Shown here piece by piece: positions 61,936 through 64,000 of a DNA stretch of 64,000 nucleotides. Every line of letters starts with the position of its first letter. The first letter of the stretch is position 1. The stretch spans positions 916,748-980,747 of the forward strand of contig NW_005434666.1 of assembly GCF_000315625.1 (NCBI RefSeq), read 5' to 3'. The notes under the pieces are model-generated. The model ran no database searches. It was not told the DNA's origin and saw nothing but the letters and a program-made list of their open reading frames with translations. The translations under genes and the position numbers were made by a program. The DNA comes from Guillardia theta CCMP2712. Lineage: Eukaryota > Protista > Cryptophyta.

Positions 61936-64000
61936 TTACGAGTCGCCACTGCCTCCTTGCCCTGCTCCTCCTTCCCCTCCTCCCGCCGCCGCCGCCGCCG
62001 CCGCTGCAAGCTCCTCCTCGATCGAGATCAGCTGCGTTACCCCGTCGATCATCTTCTGCACGAGCTCCACCTCCGAGTACCCGATCCTCTGCTTGTTCGA
62101 GATGTCCCACTTGGCTCCCACTGCCGCGCTGTGCTCCCCAGACGACCCGCGAGGCTGCAGGTCGTACTTGCGGCAGATCTCCTCAAGCCTCTTCGGGTCC
62201 TTGTTCAGCTCTGGTAGCACGATCATCACGCTCGCTCGCAGCCCCGTCCCGAGGTTCGACGGGCACGTCCCAAGGAAGCCCAGACGCTCGTCGTACATCA
62301 GTGCCTGCCCCTTTCCCTCCGCCGCCGTCTTGATCGCCTCCGACAGCTGGCAGAACCGCGAGAACACCCCTTTCACGTCCCCTCCTTCCTCCATCGCGAT
62401 GATCCTGCACTGGTCCTCCTCGTTGCACCAGCATAGTACCGTCTTCGCGTCGTTGTGGAAGATGCCTCGTCCTTCCGGCCAGTCCCGCCCTGCCCCTGCT
62501 GCTCCTAGTAGCTGCATCGGCCCTGGCTTCTGGAACAAGAAGCCTCCTGCCTGCAGGTCCTGCTCCTGCTCTGCCGACAGCGACCCAAGCGGGTAGTACG
62601 TGCCTTGCAGCGCCTCTGGCAGCGCCCCGAACGCCTCCTTCAGTACATCCTCGACCGCCAGACGGTCCTCTTTGCTGGACCCCGCCGGCAGTGAGTACCC
62701 GGAGATGTTCCGCGCTGCTCGCACTCGCGTCGACTTGACGTACTGGCTAAACTTCCCCTGCTGCTCCTCCGTGAACACAAGCTTCGTCGCATCCAGATCC
62801 GATCGGTGCTCCTGCATCTCCGGGTCGAAGCCATGCCAGCCCTTCACGATCGGGTAGATGATCTCCTTGAAAGCCTCGAAGCACTCCTGGTCTCCGCACG
62901 TGAAGCCTACTCCAAGGTGAGGCCGCAGCACCCCCGCCTGCATGCCGTTGGACAGCGAGTAGCCCTTGGAGGTCTTGACGCCCTTGAGCTTCTCGAACAG
63001 CTCGCTCGTCATGTGCTTCCGCATCAGCACCTGATGCTTCTCCGTGAACGGCGGCAGCTCAGTGAACGTGATGTACTTGAAGTCCTCCGTGTCCTTGGCG
63101 TCCGGCGACGAGGCGGCAAGCTGATCGGCGAGCCATCGGTCGAAGGCGGCATCGATCTCCGGCAGCTTGAAGCCGTCCTTGGACGACCCATGGCTCTCGC
63201 CTGCTGTCGGTTCCGATCCTCCCCCTCCTCCTGCCTCTCCCTCGCCCTGAGCTTCTGAAAAGGATCCCTGCTGCACCGGCATCCACGTCACTACAGACGG
63301 CTTAGACATAAAGTCTCCTTGCACTTCGCCCGCATGCCCCTGGTCTGCCCCTCCCGACCCTACGGGCCCCTCGCCCGATGCGGCCTCAGAGGCTTGCTCT
63401 CCTGCTCCCGACCCTCCTCCCGCCGCCGCCGCCGCCGCCGCCGCTGCAAGCTCCTCCTCGATCGAGATCAGCTGCGTTACCCCGTCGATCATCTTCTGCA
63501 CGAGCTCCACCTCCGAGTACCCGATCCTCTGCTTGTTCGAGATGTCCCACTTGGCTCCCACTGCCGCGCTGTGCTCCCCAGACGACCCGCGAGGCTGCAG
63601 GTCGTACTTGCGGCAGATCTCCTCAAGCCTCTTCGGGTCCTTGTTCAGCTCTGGTAGCACGATCATCACGCTCGCTCGCAGCCCCGTCCCGAGGTTCGAC
63701 GGGCACGTCCCAAGGAAGCCCAGACGCTCGTCGTACATCAGTGCCTGCCCCTTCCCCTCCGCCGCCGTCTTGATCGCCTCCGACAGCTGGCAGAACCGCG
63801 AGAACACCCCCTTCACGTCCCCTCCTTCCTCCATCGCGATGATCCTGCACTGGTCCTCCTCGTTGCACCAGCATAGTACCGTCTTCGCGTCGTTGTGGAA
63901 GATGCCTCGTCCTTCCGGCCAGTCCCGCCCTGCCCCTGCTGCTCCTAGTAGCTGCATCGGCCCTGGCTTCTGGAACAAGAAGCCTCCTGCCTGCAGGTCC
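61936..64000 (-). CDS. Multi-domain phosphagen (ATP:guanido) kinase, 5'-truncated by the window edge
   Basis: Motifs STRVRAARNI, DWPEGRG, WCNEEDQCRII, CPSNLGTG, RGSSGEHS and DISNKQRIG. The C-terminal halves of two domains repeat at a 1440-bp offset in one open frame. Confidence 0.95.
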   Translation of the reverse strand, partial: DLQAGGFLFQKPGPMQLLGAAGAGRDWPEGRGIFHNDAKTVLCWCNEEDQCRIIAMEEGGDVKGVFSRFCQLSEAIKTAAEGKGQALMYDERLGFLGTCPSNLGTGLRASVMIVLPELNKDPKRLEEICRKYDLQPRGSSGEHSAAVGAKWDISNKQRIGYSEVELVQKMIDGVTQLISIEEELAAAAAAAAAGGGSGAGEQASEAASGEGPVGSGGADQGHAGEVQGDFMSKPSVVTWMPVQQGSFSEAQGEGEAGGGGGSEPTAGESHGSSKDGFKLPEIDAAFDRWLADQLAASSPDAKDTEDFKYITFTELPPFTEKHQVLMRKHMTSELFEKLKGVKTSKGYSLSNGMQAGVLRPHLGVGFTCGDQECFEAFKEIIYPIVKGWHGFDPEMQEHRSDLDATKLVFTEEQQGKFSQYVKSTRVRAARNISGYSLPAGSSKEDRLAVEDVLKEAFGALPEALQGTYYPLGSLSAEQEQDLQAGGFLFQKPGPMQLLGAAGAGRDWPEGRGIFHNDAKTVLCWCNEEDQCRIIAMEEGGDVKGVFSRFCQLSEAIKTAAEGKGQALMYDERLGFLGTCPSNLGTGLRASVMIVLPELNKDPKRLEEICRKYDLQPRGSSGEHSAAVGAKWDISNKQRIGYSEVELVQKMIDGVTQLISIEEELAAAAAAAAGGGEGGAGQGGSGDS

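Overview
Gene-dense, intron-rich eukaryotic nuclear DNA. Short ~45-75 nt introns, microsatellite-filled introns, an 'AAF'-type bipartite plastid presequence and non-fungal Zn2Cys6 factors suggest a cryptophyte-like alga (inference). There are about 24 protein genes in almost strictly alternating orientation, one tRNA-Leu(CAA) and two N gaps. Recognisable genes: R3HDM4-like, MAP3K-like kinase, ankyrin protein, secreted EF-hand protein, FN3 protein, mitochondrial-type [2Fe-2S] ferrochelatase, SET2/ASH1-like methyltransferase, MED9, plastid-targeted Maf, TFIIA-gamma, double Zn2Cys6 transcription factor, ARM and LRR proteins, and a tandem multi-domain phosphagen kinase. The most unusual items are: (1) a BRO1-PPxY-WW-MIU-U-box protein tail-to-tail with a MIB/HERC2-TPR-CHAT protease that keeps its His/Cys dyad; (2) a JmjC + HAD_SAK-like fusion; (3) a SKP1-like + helical + Cys-rich fusion; (4) a laminin-IV protein with four novel repeats; (5) recurrent non-coding 'ACCCC' and GC-palindrome blocks upstream of genes. 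All exon boundaries were inferred by eye and no database searches were run.
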